NCBI RefSeq assembly: GCF_028368995.1
Contig: NZ_JAQNDL010000001.1
Coordinates: 864,001 to 928,000 of the forward strand
Source of the DNA: Nannocystis bainbridge
Lineage (GTDB): Bacteria; Myxococcota_A; Polyangia; Nannocystales; Nannocystaceae
DNA length: 64,000 bases
Reading direction: 5' to 3'
The position numbers and the translations under genes were made by a program. Each line of letters opens with the position of its first letter. The stretch's first letter is position 1. Shown one piece after another: positions 48,575 to 57,892 of the stretch. The notes beneath the pieces are model-generated. The model was not told the origin of the DNA. It did no database searches and saw only the letters and a list, made by a program, of their open reading frames with translations.

Positions 48575-48849
48575 GGCCTCAGGGTATCACGAGGCGGCGG
48601 CCGGCCGCCTGGATCGGGCGGACCGCCGTCGTCGACGTGCTCGGGCCGCTGCTCCTTCTTGGCGACGATCACGTGCTGGGTCGAGGGCGCCAGCATCTGC
48701 TGCAGCTCGGCCAGGGCGTTGCCGGCCCCCGTGGTCGAGGGCTTGCGGACCCGATAATAGATGTACCCGCGGCGCTCGAGCGCCAGCAGCAGGCGGTCGG
48801 CCACGAACAGCCCGACGACCACGACGACGACGGTGAGCGGCCACGACAC
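48571..48849 (-). CDS. Small membrane-anchored protein translationally coupled to the radical SAM gene
   Basis: N-terminal TM segment, DRLLLALERRGYIYYR, Pro/Gly tail; 4-nt overlap with the downstream start. Confidence 0.7.
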   Translation of the reverse strand: MSWPLTVVVVVVGLFVADRLLLALERRGYIYYRVRKPSTTGAGNALAELQQMLAPSTQHVIVAKKEQRPEHVDDGGPPDPGGRPPPRDTLRP

Positions 48850-48984
48850 GCAGCGATCCTATCGCGGGTCCTCCGCCGATCTGACACCGCCCGTCGGGAC
48901 CGTGACGCCGCGAACGACCGGCGCCCGCTCCGCGAGCCGTCGGTGCTCGGCGCGCCCGCCTCCATCAGCGGCGAGCGCGGCGGG

Positions 48985-49557
48985 TCACTTGCCCTGCGAG
49001 TCGGAGACGTACTTGGCGGCGACCTTGCCGAGGTTGCGCCCGGCCATCTCCATGCGCTGATGGTCGGACGGCGTGGTGAGGCTGGCGCCGACGCTCGTCT
49101 TGGTGTCGATGATGTCGGTGACGGTGCCGTCCTTCTGCCACGAGAAGCGGGCCTGGACCTTCGACGGCACGCTGTACACCGGCGTGTAGATGCCGGTCGT
49201 CACGTGCACGTAGGCGACCACCAGGTCGGGCTTGGCGTCGGCCGCCACGGGCACCGCGTTGACGCCCCGGTCGCGCATGCCCTCGAGGATCGCCGCGTCG
49301 GTCTCCTGCTTGATCTTGGCGAAGTCGGCCTTCTCCTCGTCGTTCTTGGTCGCCAGGTATTCCGCCTCGGAGCTCTTGTCGAGCACGGTGACCTGCGACC
49401 AGTCGAACCCGACCGTCATGCCCGTCATCCCCTTGAGGGCCGAGGGCGGCCCCGACTGCTGCACGACCGCGTAGGGCTTGCAGGCGGTGGCGGCGAGCGG
49501 CGCTGCGGCGAGGGCGAGCACGAAGGCGAAGCGGCGAAACAGACGGACGTGGGTCAT
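48985..49557 (-). CDS. Hypothetical lipoprotein
   Basis: Signal ending ATAC; strong GC3 bias. Confidence 0.8.
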   Translation of the reverse strand: MTHVRLFRRFAFVLALAAAPLAATACKPYAVVQQSGPPSALKGMTGMTVGFDWSQVTVLDKSSEAEYLATKNDEEKADFAKIKQETDAAILEGMRDRGVNAVPVAADAKPDLVVAYVHVTTGIYTPVYSVPSKVQARFSWQKDGTVTDIIDTKTSVGASLTTPSDHQRMEMAGRNLGKVAAKYVSDSQGK

Positions 49558-49721
49558 GGCCGGGGAGGATATCCCGGTCGAGGCGCCGGTGGCGCCCCTC
49601 CGACATGGCGCACCCTACGCACATCCGCGGCCCTCGTGCGCGCGACGGCGCCGAACCTCGTCGCGAGGGCGCTACCGGACAGTGACCGGACACCGCCTCC
49701 GTCCCGGCAACACTATGCCGC

Positions 49722-50012
49722 GTGACCGTGCCTTCCATCCAGATGCTCCATACCTTCGACCATGGAGCCGCCCTCGCGCATTACGAGCGGTCGATCGCTC
49801 GCATCGAGGCTCGGTTCGGCGCTTCACACCCGTCCCTGGCCGGGCTCCACAGCAGCGCCGCCGGTGAACTGTGCCAGCTCGGTCGCTACGCCGCCGCGAT
49901 GAAGAGCGCCGAACAAGCCATCGCCCTGTCGAACCTCGCCGGCAACTACGGCGAGATCTTCGACGAGGCCCAGCGCGTGCTGGCGCGCGCCCGCGCCCGC
50001 GTGTACCCGTAA
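49722..50012 (+). pseudogene. Short TPR-repeat fragment
   Basis: ALAHYERSIARIEARFGASHPSLA..LGRYAAA is TPR-like, but the ORF is only 96 aa with no clear start context. Confidence 0.4.
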
Positions 50013-50258
50013 CCGCGGGTTCGCTCGCACCGCGAGCGAACATCGAGATCGAAGTCATCGGCGCGCGCATCGTGGGATGCGCGCGCTCGTGTTTTTCATG
50101 CGTGGGCCCGACCGGCCCTCGGCCCGCCTCCTCGGCGGGCCCCTCGTCGCGCGCCCGGGCTCGCCTCGCATTTGCGCGCATCGGCTCGCCGCGCCGCGAT
50201 CGCGCCGCGCGGAGACATGCATTGTCGCGGGCCCTGCGGCTTGGGTAGCGTGCGGGCG

Positions 50259-51857
50259 ATGCAGCCCTCGACCTTCAATTCGCCGCGCCTCCGCTTCCTC
50301 GTCGCCGGGCCGTTGTCGCCGCGACCGGGCGGGCGGCGCGGGCGGATCTTGCTGGCCGAGCTGGCCGAGCGCCTGACGCAGTCTTCGCTGGCCCTCGACG
50401 TGGACGTCGGCCCTGCGCTCGGCGCCGCCGGTGAGCTCAAGATCAAGGCCAAGTTCTCCCGCTTCCGCGACTTCTCGGTCACCGAGGTCGTGCAGCAGAG
50501 CCTCGGCGAGCTGCACCGCCTGCGCGAGCGGCTGCTCGCCCCCAGCGGTCGCCCGCGCAGCGACGAGCTGCTGGCCCAGGTCGCCCGCATCGCCGGTCGC
50601 GGCCCGCTGCACGCCGAGATCGCGGCCTGCTTCGCCCCCCCGCCCGAGAAGCCCGCCGATCCGGGCGGCGGCGACCTCGTGGACGAGCTGCTGGCCCGCG
50701 GCTCGGCCCCGCCGAAGAGCGCTGCAAGCTCGGCGATCGACGCCCTGGTCCGCGGCGGCGTCCAGAGCACCCCGGCCGGCGCGGGCGTCGAGCCGTCGCG
50801 GGCTGCCCACGCCGCGCTGTCGGCCGCGCTCGCGCGAGCGGCCACCGCCGTGCTCGCCGATCCCAAGCTGCGGGCCGCGGAGCTGCGCTGGCGGAGCTTG
50901 CGGCTGTTCTTGAGCCAGTGCCCCCGCGACCCCGAGCTCGACGTGGAGCTGCTCGACGTCGACCCCGCCGGCCTGCCTGCCGCCCTCGCCGAGCTCGCCG
51001 AGCTCGACCCGCTCGCCCGCCCCGACGCCATCTTCCTGCTCGACCCGCTCGCTAGCCTCGCCGAGGCCGCCGCGATCGCCGAGGTCGCGGCCGACCTGCA
51101 CGCGCCCGTGTGCGCCGAGCTCGACCCCGCCGCCCTCGGGCGCGCCGGCACGGCCGCGATCGCGGCCGGCGTCGCCCAGGACCTGGGCCTGGGCGACGAG
51201 TTCGAGGCGCTGCGCGACGACCCGGCCAGCCGCTGGCTCACCCTCGCGGTCAACGGCCCCGTCCTGGCCGCCGAGGCCACCCCGGCCGGCGAGCGCGTGC
51301 TCGCCGGCGGCGCCGCCCTGGCCGTCGCCGCCCTCATCGCCTCCAGCCTGCGCCTCGGCGGCACCCTGGCCCAGATCGGCCGCGACGCCGACCTGCGGGC
51401 GCCCGCGACCTGGTCCTTCCGACATGGCCAGGAGGACATCCCGATCGCCACCGCCGAGCGGTGCTCCGCCGAGGACCAGCTGGCGCTCGCGCGCCGCGGC
51501 CTGACCGCGCTCGGCGGCCCGCAGCAGAGCGACCTGCTCACCCTCGCCGCCTGCCCCGTCGTCCATCGCAGCGACGAGCCGACGAGCCTGGCCGGTCAGC
51601 TGCTCGTCGGACGCACCGTGCGCTTCGCCCTGTGGGTCCGCCATCGCATCCCCGCCGGCGCCAGCCCCGAGCAGGCCGCCGACGCCGTGACCCGCGCCGC
51701 GGCCCTGATGCTGCTGCCCGGCACCCCGCTCCGCCCGCGCTTCGGCGCCGCCCTCAACCAGGGCGAGTCGGGCCCCGAGCTCAAGATCGGCGCCTCGTTC
51801 CCGGCCGGCCTCGCCGGCCACCCGGTCGCCCTGTCGTTCGCCCTGCCGATCTCGTGA
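50259..51857 (+). CDS. Divergent type VI secretion contractile sheath-like protein (TssB-like N-part fused to TssC-like part)
   Basis: KFSRFRDFSVTEVVQQ..L..LRERL is TssB-like; VLADPKLRAAELRWRSLRLFL, A.VAADLHAP and FEALRDDPASRWL are TssC-like. Start taken at ATG 50259. Confidence 0.65.
   Translation: MQPSTFNSPRLRFLVAGPLSPRPGGRRGRILLAELAERLTQSSLALDVDVGPALGAAGELKIKAKFSRFRDFSVTEVVQQSLGELHRLRERLLAPSGRPRSDELLAQVARIAGRGPLHAEIAACFAPPPEKPADPGGGDLVDELLARGSAPPKSAASSAIDALVRGGVQSTPAGAGVEPSRAAHAALSAALARAATAVLADPKLRAAELRWRSLRLFLSQCPRDPELDVELLDVDPAGLPAALAELAELDPLARPDAIFLLDPLASLAEAAAIAEVAADLHAPVCAELDPAALGRAGTAAIAAGVAQDLGLGDEFEALRDDPASRWLTLAVNGPVLAAEATPAGERVLAGGAALAVAALIASSLRLGGTLAQIGRDADLRAPATWSFRHGQEDIPIATAERCSAEDQLALARRGLTALGGPQQSDLLTLAACPVVHRSDEPTSLAGQLLVGRTVRFALWVRHRIPAGASPEQAADAVTRAAALMLLPGTPLRPRFGAALNQGESGPELKIGASFPAGLAGHPVALSFALPIS
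51409..51440. repeat. Degenerate 14-bp unit array inside the sheath-like CDS
   Basis: Cores at 51409, 51423, 51437. Confidence 0.55.
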
Positions 51858-51873
51858 CGGCCCGCCGCATGGG

Positions 51874-51946
51874 CATGTCCGAAGGGACATGCCCATCAGA
51901 AATGTTCAAAGGGACATGCTCCTTCGAGCATGTCCCTTCGCGCAGG
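51874..51946. repeat. 14-bp unit array at a convergent junction
   Basis: Cores at 51874, 51888, 51901, 51915, 51929, 51943 (one 13-bp step). Confidence 0.88.
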
Positions 51947-51959
51947 TCCGGCCGGCCGC

Positions 51960-53087
51960 TCAGTCGGTGCCAAGCATGCGCAGGATCGTCCGCATCTTCG
52001 GCACCACGTGGGTCTCGTACTCGAGCACGGCCTCGACCAGGATCGAGTACTGGTCCATCACCAGCGCCTGACCGGCGTCGCACAGCTGCTCGCGGCGCCA
52101 GGCCTCGGTGTGGACCGTCTCGGTGATCGAGCCGTCGACCAGGTGGCCGCAGGCGGCCATCAGGTTCTCGGCGACGATGCGGTGGTCGCCGGCGACGTGG
52201 CTGGGGTCGAAGATGATCGGCAGGATCGTCTGCTTGCGGGCGAAGGTGCAGGCGTTGAGGTCGGGCTGATTGCGGCAGTAGCCGCCCTTCGTGTACAGCG
52301 TCTTCATCCCGCGCTCGCACAGGACGATGTCGAGGTTGCCCTGGTTGGCGATGTACTCGGCCGAGTAGAACCACTCCTCGGCCTCGTTGCCGAACCCGCG
52401 CTTGAGGATGACCGGCTTGCCGAAGCGGCCGACCGACTCGAGCAGGTCGAAGTTCTGCGCGTTGCGGGTGCCGATCTGCAGCATGTCGGCGTGGGCGCCG
52501 ATCTGCTCGACCAGGTTGTGGTCCATCACCTCGGTCGCGTACGGCAGGCCGGTCTCCTCGCGCGCGGCGTCCATGATGGCGATGCCCTTCATGCCGAGGC
52601 CGCGCCAGTCGGTCGGCCGCGTGCGCGGCTTGAACGCGCCGCCGCGCAGCATCACGCGGTCGAGGATGCCGAACTTCTCGCCGACCTCGCGGGCCATCCG
52701 CGCGGTCGCCAGCGTCTGCTCGAGCGTCTGCGGCGAGTCGGGGCCGCACACGAAGATGTGCTTGCCGCCGCCGAACCGCCGCGCCTTGCCGTCGAGCCCC
52801 TTGACCTCGACCACGCGCCGCTCGCGGTGCAGCGCCTTGCCCTCGTTGCCGCGGACCACCCGGGCGATGTTCTTGTAGCCGCCGGTCGGCTGCCACGCGG
52901 CGCGCACCCCGGGCAGGCCGAGGATGTAGCTCTCGCGGCTGGCGAACTCGCGGCTGTCGCCGATGATGTGGACGGTGTCGTAGACCCCCGTGCCCTCGCT
53001 CAGTTCGACACGGTTGCCGAAGCGCACCGCGAGGTCGCGGATCTGGTCGAGAGTTGACTGTCTGCCACGTTCGAGCTCGATGATCAT
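51960..53087 (-). CDS. aroF: 3-deoxy-7-phosphoheptulonate (DAHP) synthase, class I-beta, with N-terminal regulatory domain
   Basis: LRGGAFKPRT, TEVMD, LQIGTRNAQNF, KPVILKRG, LCERG, PIIFDPSH. Start ATG 53087. Confidence 0.88.
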   Translation of the reverse strand: MIIELERGRQSTLDQIRDLAVRFGNRVELSEGTGVYDTVHIIGDSREFASRESYILGLPGVRAAWQPTGGYKNIARVVRGNEGKALHRERRVVEVKGLDGKARRFGGGKHIFVCGPDSPQTLEQTLATARMAREVGEKFGILDRVMLRGGAFKPRTRPTDWRGLGMKGIAIMDAAREETGLPYATEVMDHNLVEQIGAHADMLQIGTRNAQNFDLLESVGRFGKPVILKRGFGNEAEEWFYSAEYIANQGNLDIVLCERGMKTLYTKGGYCRNQPDLNACTFARKQTILPIIFDPSHVAGDHRIVAENLMAACGHLVDGSITETVHTEAWRREQLCDAGQALVMDQYSILVEAVLEYETHVVPKMRTILRMLGTD

Positions 53088-53544
53088 GGGCCCTCGAAGC
53101 GTCGCTCCATCGCCGTCGCGGCGCAAGCTCGCCGGTGGCGCCGGGCACCCGTCCGCGCGCGCCTCCGCGACCCGACTTCAGGCCGCGCTGCACCACCCTT
53201 CGCGCCGCGCTCGCGGCGAAGGGCCCCGTCCGCCGACGTTCTCGCACCCCGGCGGAGTCGTACGCGCTTCGTCTCTGTTCTCGCACTCCCAGCGCAGCCG
53301 GCGCTGCGCACCCCCTTCCACGCGATCGTCGGGGCCGCACGGACGCCGGATCGCAGACCCCTCACGCTGCCCCTGCGAGCGCGAGCCTCGCCCAGCGAAG
53401 CACCGACGCTGCCGGTCGAGGTCGAAGTCCCACATGTCGACGAGCTCGCGCGGCCGCCAGCGACTTCGCGGTCGCCCCCCGTGTCCCATCGTTCCTCTGC
53501 GCTCCGCGGAGATCGTTCAGGACGCAGCAGGGCGGCCGACGTAA

Positions 53545-53576
53545 CCTGTTCGTTCGCACATGTCTCATCGTACATG
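53545..53576. repeat. 14-bp unit array (intergenic/decayed region)
   Basis: Cores at 53545, 53559, 53573. Confidence 0.65.
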
Positions 53577-53863
53577 CGCCAATCGCCACCGGCCGACGCG
53601 ATCGTCTGCGGCCGGGACAACCGCGCCGCCCACCTCGAAGCGTTCGTGGCCGGCCGCCTGCGCGGCAGCATCGAGGGCAGCGTCCGTCGCTGCCGCGCGC
53701 TCGGTGACATCCTCGACGACACCGGCGTCGCGCCGTATCCCTTCGAGATCCGCTTCGACCCGAACGAGGAGCCCCCGCGCCCTCCCCGTGATGCGATGCC
53801 CCATCACGGCGCCAGCGCGACGCCCGCTTCATCGCGGCCGCCGATCCGGCGTAGATTGGCCGC

Positions 53864-54607
53864 GTGACCTCCTATCGGCCGACCCTCCACCGCTTCCCGG
53901 ACGACACCTCGGGGCGCTTCCAGGTCCTCCGCGAATTCCTGCTGCGGTGGCACGGGCTCGACACCGGCGCGGTCGGGCGGACCGTGGACCGCGTCGGCGA
54001 GGCCGAGGCGCGCGTCGACAAGCCGCTCCCGCTCGCGGTGCGCGAGTGGATCGTCCTGCTCGACGACCTCGCCCGCATCGACGGCTGGAAGTACGTCCTG
54101 CGCGACAGCTGGGGGCTGAAGCAGGTGCCGAATTGCGCCGCCTTCTCGCTGCTGACGGCCGGCGAGGGCGACCGTCACTGGGGCCCGTTATTCCGCGACC
54201 TCGCGCGCGAGGACCCGCCGGTCCGCGAGTTCGTGCCCGACTACGAGCGCGACGAGCAACGATTCAAGCGCGGCCGTCAGGTCGCCTCGCGCGTCTCGAC
54301 CTGGGCGCTCGAGTTCATCGTCGACTACCTGCACCTCAGCCGGAGCCTGCAGCTCGAGCGACGCGCGTCGAAGCCGACGCTCGAGCGCCTGTGCGACCGC
54401 TCGCCCAGCCCCGTCGTGGCGTCGCGGATCGGCGCCACCGAGCTGTTCGAGTTCGAGGGCGGCTTGATGCACGCAGAGCCGGACGGGCCCGAGATCTATC
54501 GCCTGCGCTGCTACGCCCCCCGCGCCCAGACCGACGCGTTCGACTCCGATGCGACCCACGCGTTCGGGCAGCAGATCGACGCGATGCTCGGCGTGATCCG
54601 GCTGTGA
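53864..54607 (+). CDS. Hypothetical protein with SMI1/KNR4 (SUKH)-like N-terminal motif
   Basis: VGEAEARVDKPLPLAVREW resembles the SUKH opening motif; GC3-biased. Confidence 0.65.
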   Translation: MTSYRPTLHRFPDDTSGRFQVLREFLLRWHGLDTGAVGRTVDRVGEAEARVDKPLPLAVREWIVLLDDLARIDGWKYVLRDSWGLKQVPNCAAFSLLTAGEGDRHWGPLFRDLAREDPPVREFVPDYERDEQRFKRGRQVASRVSTWALEFIVDYLHLSRSLQLERRASKPTLERLCDRSPSPVVASRIGATELFEFEGGLMHAEPDGPEIYRLRCYAPRAQTDAFDSDATHAFGQQIDAMLGVIRL

Positions 54608-54621
54608 CCGTCGGGCTCACG

Positions 54622-56316
54622 TCAGACCTGCCACAGGCGCAGCCCGTACGCGTCGGCGGCGACGCCCAGCACGCCGTCGCGCGAGAGCGCCAGCCCTTCG
54701 GCGTCGATCGTCAGGCGCGAGCGCTCCGGGTCGCGCCCGAGGTCGACGCGCTCGACGAGCGTGCCCTCGTTCGCGTCGTAGAGGCTCAGCGTGCTGGTCT
54801 CCGTCTTGCTGGCCGCGTCGAACACGAGCTCGCTGACGACCAGCCGCGCGCCGTCGGGCGCCAGCGCGAGGCGAAAGCCGGCGTGCGGATCGTAAGCCGG
54901 GTTGGTCGGCCCGCCCACGAATTCGTGAAGGACGCGACCCGACGCGACCTCGACGATCTGCACGCGCGTACGCTCGCCGGTCGATCCGAGCGCCACGCGG
55001 GTCCCGTCGGCCGAGGCGGCGAAGATCGACGCATCGGCCCAGGTCGTCACCACCTTGCCCGTGTCGAGATCGAGCAGCTTCACCGCGGACGGGCCGGTGA
55101 GCGCCATGGCCCCGAAGTCGAAGGCCTGGACATGGACGAGCACGCGGCCCGGGTCGCCGCCGACGGCCCCGAGCCGGCGCACGTGCTTCACCTTGGGCAC
55201 CGTCTTCACCACGCCCTGGGTGGCCAGATCGAGCACGTGCAGCGCATCGGCGTTGTCGGCCACGACCACCCGGCCGCCGCCGATGCAGGCCAGCGTCGTC
55301 AGCTCGCCGCCCGGCCGCCACGGCGCGCGCTGCAGCGGCTTGCCGGTCGCGCCCGAGCGCAGCACCAGCCGATCGACGGGCTCGCCCGATCCCTTGTGCT
55401 CGAGCACCGCGACGATCTGGCCGTCCTGCGAGAGGTCCATCGCATGGGCGTGCTTCTGCTGCCACACCCGCTCGCGCCGGCCGACGTCGAGGACAAACAG
55501 CCCGTAGTCGCCGCCCCAGACCACCAGGCGCTGGCCGTCGGCGCTGAACACCGCCCGGCGCGGGTTGTCGTCGGCGACCACCACGGGCGGCTGCTTCAGC
55601 GACGGCAAGGGGGAATGGGCGCTCGGCCCGTCGCTCGCGGGGGCCAGCACCTGCACGCGCGTGGCCTTCGGCGCCTTCTTCTTCGGCAGGCGCTCCAGCA
55701 GCGGCGCCCACTCTTCCGCCGGGAAGTCCGCGAGCGAGGCCTCGAGCTCCGCGCGCAGATCGATGTTGAGGCTCGCCTCCGCCTTCTTGTCGAGGAACGC
55801 GTAGTACCAGCGGCGCGTGCCGAACTTCTCGAACCACGCGACGAACTCTTTGAAGTCGAGGTCGTTCAGCGGATAGGCCGCGTCGGCGCGGTCCACCAGG
55901 TAGATCGTGGGCTCGTCGGCGAAGTAGTCGATGGCGAGCTCGGTCGACTCGCCCGCGACGCTCACCAGCAGCTTGAGCCGCATGCGGAGGTTGAGCCGGT
56001 CGAGTGATTTCTTGTCGGTGACGTCGCCGTGCTCGTTGAAGAACCGCTCGTAGAACGGCAGGTCCGACCACTCCAGCTCGTCCAGGTCGGCCTTCTTCAC
56101 GACGACGTGGGGACGAAACGCCCGCTTCTCGAGCCCGCCGAACATCTCGACGAGGCCGACGAGCACCGCCTCTTCACCGTCCCAGGCGACCTTCAGGCCG
56201 TCGCGCTCGGCGTAGAAGCGCGCGACGGCGCGGGGCAGGCCGCCAGGGAGGACGGCGGCGATCGCCGGTTTCAGCTTCTCGAGCTTGCTCGGGGGGGACT
56301 TGAGGCGCCGCTTCAT
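54622..56316 (-). CDS. SMI1/KNR4-like N-domain plus WD40-like beta-propeller protein
   Basis: GLPRAVARFYAERDG; repeats FSADGQRL, LSQDGQIV, ASADGTRV, LAPDGARL, ending LRLWQV. Start ATG 56316. Confidence 0.75.
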   Translation of the reverse strand: MKRRLKSPPSKLEKLKPAIAAVLPGGLPRAVARFYAERDGLKVAWDGEEAVLVGLVEMFGGLEKRAFRPHVVVKKADLDELEWSDLPFYERFFNEHGDVTDKKSLDRLNLRMRLKLLVSVAGESTELAIDYFADEPTIYLVDRADAAYPLNDLDFKEFVAWFEKFGTRRWYYAFLDKKAEASLNIDLRAELEASLADFPAEEWAPLLERLPKKKAPKATRVQVLAPASDGPSAHSPLPSLKQPPVVVADDNPRRAVFSADGQRLVVWGGDYGLFVLDVGRRERVWQQKHAHAMDLSQDGQIVAVLEHKGSGEPVDRLVLRSGATGKPLQRAPWRPGGELTTLACIGGGRVVVADNADALHVLDLATQGVVKTVPKVKHVRRLGAVGGDPGRVLVHVQAFDFGAMALTGPSAVKLLDLDTGKVVTTWADASIFAASADGTRVALGSTGERTRVQIVEVASGRVLHEFVGGPTNPAYDPHAGFRLALAPDGARLVVSELVFDAASKTETSTLSLYDANEGTLVERVDLGRDPERSRLTIDAEGLALSRDGVLGVAADAYGLRLWQV

Positions 56317-56386
56317 GCCGGGCGAACACATCACGGATCGGGCACCGAAGAAAGCGGAGTTCCTCGGCTCAGGCGCCCCGAGAGCA

Positions 56387-56404
56387 CATGTCCCCAAAGA
56401 CATA
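56387..56404. repeat. Perfect TGTC-N6-GACA unit (intergenic)
   Basis: TGTCCCCAAAGACA at 56389. Confidence 0.7.
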
Positions 56405-56468
56405 TCACGATCATCGGCGAAGTTCGCCGCAATCGCCAGTCACGGGCTCGTGACAGCGGCGCGGCCTG

Positions 56469-56927
56469 TCACGCCGGGGTGACGAACTTGGCCAGCAGCA
56501 CCCGCCGGGTCCCGCCGAAATCGATGGTCAACTTGCGCTGCCCGTCCGCAGACGGCTCGGTGGCGACGATCGTCCCGAGGCCGAACTTCGCGTGGGTCAC
56601 TCGCTCGCCCACCGCGTGCGGCTCGACGACCTGCGGCGGCGGCGGCTTCGGCGGCGCCGCGGCAGCCAGCATGGTGCTGCAGGCGCGCGAGCCGGGGGCC
56701 GACGAGCGACGCGCCAGCGCTAGCGCCGTCCTGCCCTCGGGCCCGCGACGGTCGGTCGCGCCGCGGGCCAGGAGCACCCGCACCGCCTCCTCGTTGCCCT
56801 GCGCCGCGGCGGCGTGCAGCGCGGTCCAACCGTCGATACCGCCGCTCTCGCGGCTGCACTCGAGGTCGGCCCCGGCGTCGATCAGCGCCGTGACTTCCTC
56901 GGCGGACGCCACCCCGGCCGTGCGCAT
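56469..56927 (-). CDS. Ankyrin repeat protein with C-terminal PcrA/UvrD tudor-like domain (possibly 5'-truncated)
   Basis: LIDAGAD, GWTALHAAAAQGNEEAVRVLLARGA, GRTALALA; VGERVTHAKFGLGTIV...LTIDF. Confidence 0.72.
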   Translation of the reverse strand: MRTAGVASAEEVTALIDAGADLECSRESGGIDGWTALHAAAAQGNEEAVRVLLARGATDRRGPEGRTALALARRSSAPGSRACSTMLAAAAPPKPPPPQVVEPHAVGERVTHAKFGLGTIVATEPSADGQRKLTIDFGGTRRVLLAKFVTPA

Positions 56928-57089
56928 GAGCCCCTCGGTGATCGCCGCCCGCCACCCGTAGTTTTCATGAGGAGCGCGCGCCGAGGTGACCCGTGGACAG
57001 CGAGGATGTGCGGGGTCGGCCCCGAGCGTGGAGGACCTGGCCGCGCAGCTCGGTGCATCACCCCTGGCGGTGAGCGAAGCCTACGGGCG

Positions 57090-57274
57090 CTCCACGCCTG
57101 GCTCGCGCGCACCGACCACTCGGAGGGCTACGTAATGGACCTGCCGACGCTTTGGCGACTCGCCCGTGGCTGGTACGCGGGCCGCCTGGAGCGCGGGTAG
57201 CAGCGCCGCGAGCCCGCGAGCGCCGCGGCCTATTCCGCGAGGCGGGCCTCCACGGCCCCTTCTGGGGCCTGTGA
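57090..57274 (+). pseudogene. Remnant of a gene for a MerB (organomercurial lyase)-family-like protein, C-terminal part
   Basis: HAWLARTDHSEGYVMDLPTLWRLARGWYAGRLERG, then in-frame TAG (57198), QRREP, and a 1-nt frameshift restoring ..REAGLHGPFWGL-TGA(57272-74). The family call is from memory of this C-terminal pattern. Confidence 0.6.
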
Positions 57275-57409
57275 CGGCGGCGACGCGCTCGCCGTCGCTG
57301 GGGCGGCTCCATGCACGATAGCAACGACTGAATCGTCCTCGCGCCACTGGAGGCGTCGGCCGCGGTGGTATGTCAAGCTCCGAGCGACGCGGCCGGGCAC
57401 CACCCGCTC

Positions 57410-57892
57410 CTAGCGTTTTTCTCGGCGTCGCTGCTCGACGAGCAGCCAAGCCAGATCGGCGCGATCTTGCAGCTCCTTGGCCGAGCCTGGCTCACGGCGG
57501 TGAATCGACTCTCGCTTGGCGGAGATGAGGGAGGAAAGCCCGAGCACCGGCACCTCGACGTCGGCGATCTTGACCAGCACATGCTCGCCCCAGGCCTGAT
57601 CGAACGTGTGCACGTCGATACGGTCCGGCTCGATCCCCATGAAAAAGCCGACCCCGGGCTGCGACAGTTCCTCCGCAGTCACGCCGAAGTACTCCAGCGA
57701 TACATCCGCAAAATCGCGGACCGCCGACGCCAACCGGCGAGTGTTCGCGAGTGCGGGTTCAATCAGGATGTCGATGTCGCCGGTGGCCCGTACGTGCCCG
57801 TGCGCCGCGAGGGCGTGGGCTCCGACGACGATGTGCCTAACGCCGGCCGCCGACAAGGCGATCAGGAAGTCTTGAATGTCGCTCTCGGCCAT
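57410..57892 (-). CDS. Minimal nucleotidyltransferase (DUF6036-like)
   Basis: HIVVGAHALAAHGHVRATGDIDILI, RIDV, LISAK, QDRADL. Confidence 0.8.
   Translation of the reverse strand: MAESDIQDFLIALSAAGVRHIVVGAHALAAHGHVRATGDIDILIEPALANTRRLASAVRDFADVSLEYFGVTAEELSQPGVGFFMGIEPDRIDVHTFDQAWGEHVLVKIADVEVPVLGLSSLISAKRESIHRREPGSAKELQDRADLAWLLVEQRRREKR

Noticed and set aside
53481-53867. 128-aa ORF upstream of the SUKH-like gene
   Set aside because: Only the middle looks coding and it contains a motif array; probably a remnant, so not called.
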